From Basidiobolus meristosporus CBS 931.73 (lineage: Eukaryota > Fungi > Basidiobolomycota): a stretch of DNA of 64,000 nucleotides. The stretch lies in the NCBI GenBank assembly GCA_002104905.1, contig MCFE01000120.1, forward strand, positions 62,001 through 126,000. The letters run 5' to 3'. Under the pieces are notes generated by a model, which was not told the origin of the DNA, did no database searches, and was given only the letters and a program-made list of their open reading frames with translations. The position numbers were made by a program, and so were the translations under genes. Each line of letters opens with the position of its first letter. Within the stretch, counting starts at the first letter, position 1. Positions 61,420-64,000 of the stretch are shown here, piece after piece.

Positions 61420-62347
61420 CAACTATCTAGTACCTGATTTTCCCTAACCCAAATGTAACTAATCCCAGTTATGGTTTATTTTGCCCATCTCAAAATCTAT
61501 TTTTAGCTGTTACACCTGATCTACTTTCATGTGGTCATTACTGTTGTAAAAAATTTGTAATTCCACCTAAATATTCACCTAACTTAGTCACTTAGATCAT
61601 TACCTTCAAATCCTAGAGAATACTGACCAGATTCCTTGTCGGGATTTACTTAGAATATTTTCACCAAAATACCAGGTACCCAGAACATGAAAATTCTCAA
61701 AGTTGTCCAAACAGCCCCAAACTTTGCACACATGTTCTTGGGACCTTCCTTAACCTATTCTATGTGTTTGTTATGCCATGACTTGGTAAAAGTATAAATA
61801 CTACTTTTACAATCAATAAATCATTAAGTGAAAACCACATAATCTACTTGTTCTCCCAATCACTTCCAATATCTCCAAGACTCTTACAACAATTACATCT
61901 TCAACTAATCTGCCAAGTCTTTCCAAGTAATAGATCTATCCAACCATTAAGCAGTTGCCAAGACTGATCCAGTCTCTTAGTGCTTACTAATTCAACTTGA
62001 TCAGAAAAGTACAAACAAAGCTTGCTGAGCATTTTGGTTTAGTGTGTGTCTTAACAAAATTAAGTTTGTGTCTCAGCAAAAATAAGAACTCAACAATTCT
62101 GCTCTAGTTTCTGCCTAAGCCTAGCATATCTAGCACTCTCAAAAACACCAAGCCTAGCCTATGTAGCAAGCCAACTCTGTTATCTATATAGCCAAGACTA
62201 GCTATGTCTAAGACCAATATCAGACCAGAATCTCTCCGCTAGTATCTTCACCACTCTCTGACAATTCAAAGTTTCTGTACTTAACTGTCCCTTTGGTTCA
62301 GTTAAACTATTAATGAGTTCTATTGTGCTTTTCTCTTGGATACAACA
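61420..62347 (+). repeat. Gypsy B solo LTR (reverse, diverged), split by a Copia G solo LTR
   Basis: Ends TTCTCTTGGATACAACA, the reverse complement of the B LTR start; left boundary approximate. Confidence 0.8.
61542..61891 (+). repeat. Solo Copia G LTR (reverse), TSD ATTAC
   Basis: ATTAC|TGTTGTAAAAAATTTG...CTCTTACAACA|ATTAC. Confidence 0.92.
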
Positions 62348-62354
62348 GTCACTT

Positions 62355-62885
62355 TGATCATTGTCTACAGATTTTAGAGAATTCTGGCCAAATTCCTTCT
62401 TGACATTTATGTAGTAACTTCTCATGTTCTGGGCACCTAATGTTTTGGGTGAAAATATTCTATTTGTCCAAACAGCACCAAACTCTGTGCATATGTTCAT
62501 GGGATCTTCCTAAGCATATCCTACTTGTTTGTTTTGCCAAGATTATGTATATGCATAAGCACTACCTTTACATTCAATAAATCATTTAGTGAGAACCACA
62601 CAATCCACTTGTTCTCTCAATCACTGCCAATATCTCCAAAACTCTTACCAAATATTTGTCACCTCCTGGGAGCTATATTGGTGAAATACCATAAGTTGTC
62701 CAAAGAACCCCAACCTTTGCACCCACACTGTCAGGATTGTCCAAAATATCCTCTACAGGTTTGCTTAGCCAAGACCATGTAACAGTATAAATACTACTTT
62801 TACACTCAGTAAATCATCAAGTGAAAACTCTATAATCAACTTTTACTCCCAATCACTTAAAATATCCACAAAATTCCTGCAATAA
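62355..62885 (+). repeat. Two old, diverged G-like LTR remnants
   Basis: Degenerate matches to the reverse G LTR (TTGTCCAAACAGCACCAAACTC..., ATCACTGCCAATATCTCC...). Confidence 0.6.
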
Positions 62886-62984
62886 TTCCAAGCTTCAACG
62901 TGACCCAATGGCGGAGGAACTAGTTAAGATCTCATGAAGTCAATGGAAGGGTTGGTTAGCAATGGGGAATGGTCAAGTTGAGTT

Positions 62985-64000
62985 GTCAATCTAAATGATC
63001 TCAACATCATCAAGCTCCACTGAAGCCAGAGCACTGTATCCATCAGCAAAAAGCCGATCATAAGCAGCCATTATAAGCTTGTAACATTTTCCAATGCCCA
63101 CATCATATTTCTACACTTTTCCGCAGTACTTGTGACATGCAACCTGCTTCTGGTATACACAAACAGTAGTTTCCAGCATCGTAAAGGCCAACGATGCAAG
63201 AATATAAGGCATCAACTCTCATCCAGACCAGATACCAGCATAGTAGGAAATGGTTGAGACTGCTACCAAAAACCATCAAGCCACCCGATCGGATCTGGTC
63301 CACGAACCCATCGGGCTATCAGCGAAACCTATGGGGCGCATGATTCATTGACCGCTACTGGCTTTCCCCGATGCAACGATTTCTTTAGGGAGGAATCTAA
63401 TAGCCTGCATCTCATCCTTCAGCCCGGATGCACCACGCTTACAATCAATTGGAGGTGGTATCCAATGGGGGGGATCCAGTTGTAGAAATGGTTTATTAAA
63501 TAATGTGCGATCCCTAGTTAGGGAGAAGTCAATATCAGATGGACATACGGTAATGAGTTGCATTATATAATTCCCGAGCGAGGGAGGACAAGATCCCTAC
63601 CGGATGGATAGAGTTCACATCTCAAACCACTCGGGAAGTCTAGTGGGACATGTTAGATATCCGCGATGACGTCGAGACATTGATTCGGGCCACAGCGACC
63701 TGAAGATCTATTTCTCTTTCAGTTCCGTGTCCAGAATCACCACTGGCTGCGGCTCTCCCTCGAACGAAAGAAGTGGCTTATCCATGTGGGAAGGTACGGC
63801 GTTAGTGTATTGGGGGGTGGTTGAAGTGGGCTTGACATCGACCAGCGGATGCCCGTTGCCTCCCTTGTTGAACGAGATTAATGGTTTGATTTTTTGCGAG
63901 CGCAGATTCTTCGACAGGGCCTCCTCGGGCTTTAGATCCAGTTGGAGTAGAGGCTGACCAGGATTGCGGCGGGAGACGGTGGTTCGAGAGCGTGACAAGC
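62985..64000 (-). pseudogene. CpG-rich, stop-interrupted reading frame of unknown identity (host pseudogene or unclassified TE ORF)
   Basis: ORFs 63708-63998 and 63345-63563 share a frame, which continues through TGA/TAG stops to ...AAYDRLFADGYSALASVELDDVEII*. No confident family match. Confidence 0.35.

Noticed and set aside
60995-61891. Long inverted repeat as a foldback or TIR DNA transposon
   Set aside because: Each arm is a Copia G LTR with its own TSD (GATAG for G2, ATTAC for the solo).

Overview
Eukaryotic window, probably fungal (inferred from the TE protein families and an initiator-tRNA-type PBS). It is almost entirely nested transposable elements with strong CpG depletion; I see no rRNA, tRNA, CRISPR array or intact host gene. 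Main contents: (1) A CACTA/CMC (EnSpm, Tnp2-like) DNA transposon family in six pieces. One copy can be reconstructed end to end (17076-35745; CCCTATGAAAAAT-type TIRs, 3-bp GGA TSD, about 5.8 kb after removing nested inserts). It carries a transposase and a ~690-codon unknown ORF2 arranged head-to-head, and it sits inside the transposase gene of another copy of the same family. (2) Ty3/Gypsy families: A (stop-free gag-pol of at least 1316 codons at 1-3948, absent from the ORF track); B (chromovirus, two two-LTR copies with 5-bp TSDs, no tRNA PBS); E/D (FVDD-type RT, 4-bp TSDs centred on CG/TG/CA). (3) Ty1/Copia families G and H with a half-tRNA(iMet) PBS and about 11 LTR copies. (4) A solo-LTR-like family F with a variable G-rich tandem array and 4-bp TSDs. 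(5) A small MITE with 3-bp AAT TSD. The last ~1 kb switches to CpG-rich sequence with a stop-interrupted unknown frame. Coordinates were read by eye and may be off by a few bases; family labels A-H are my own.
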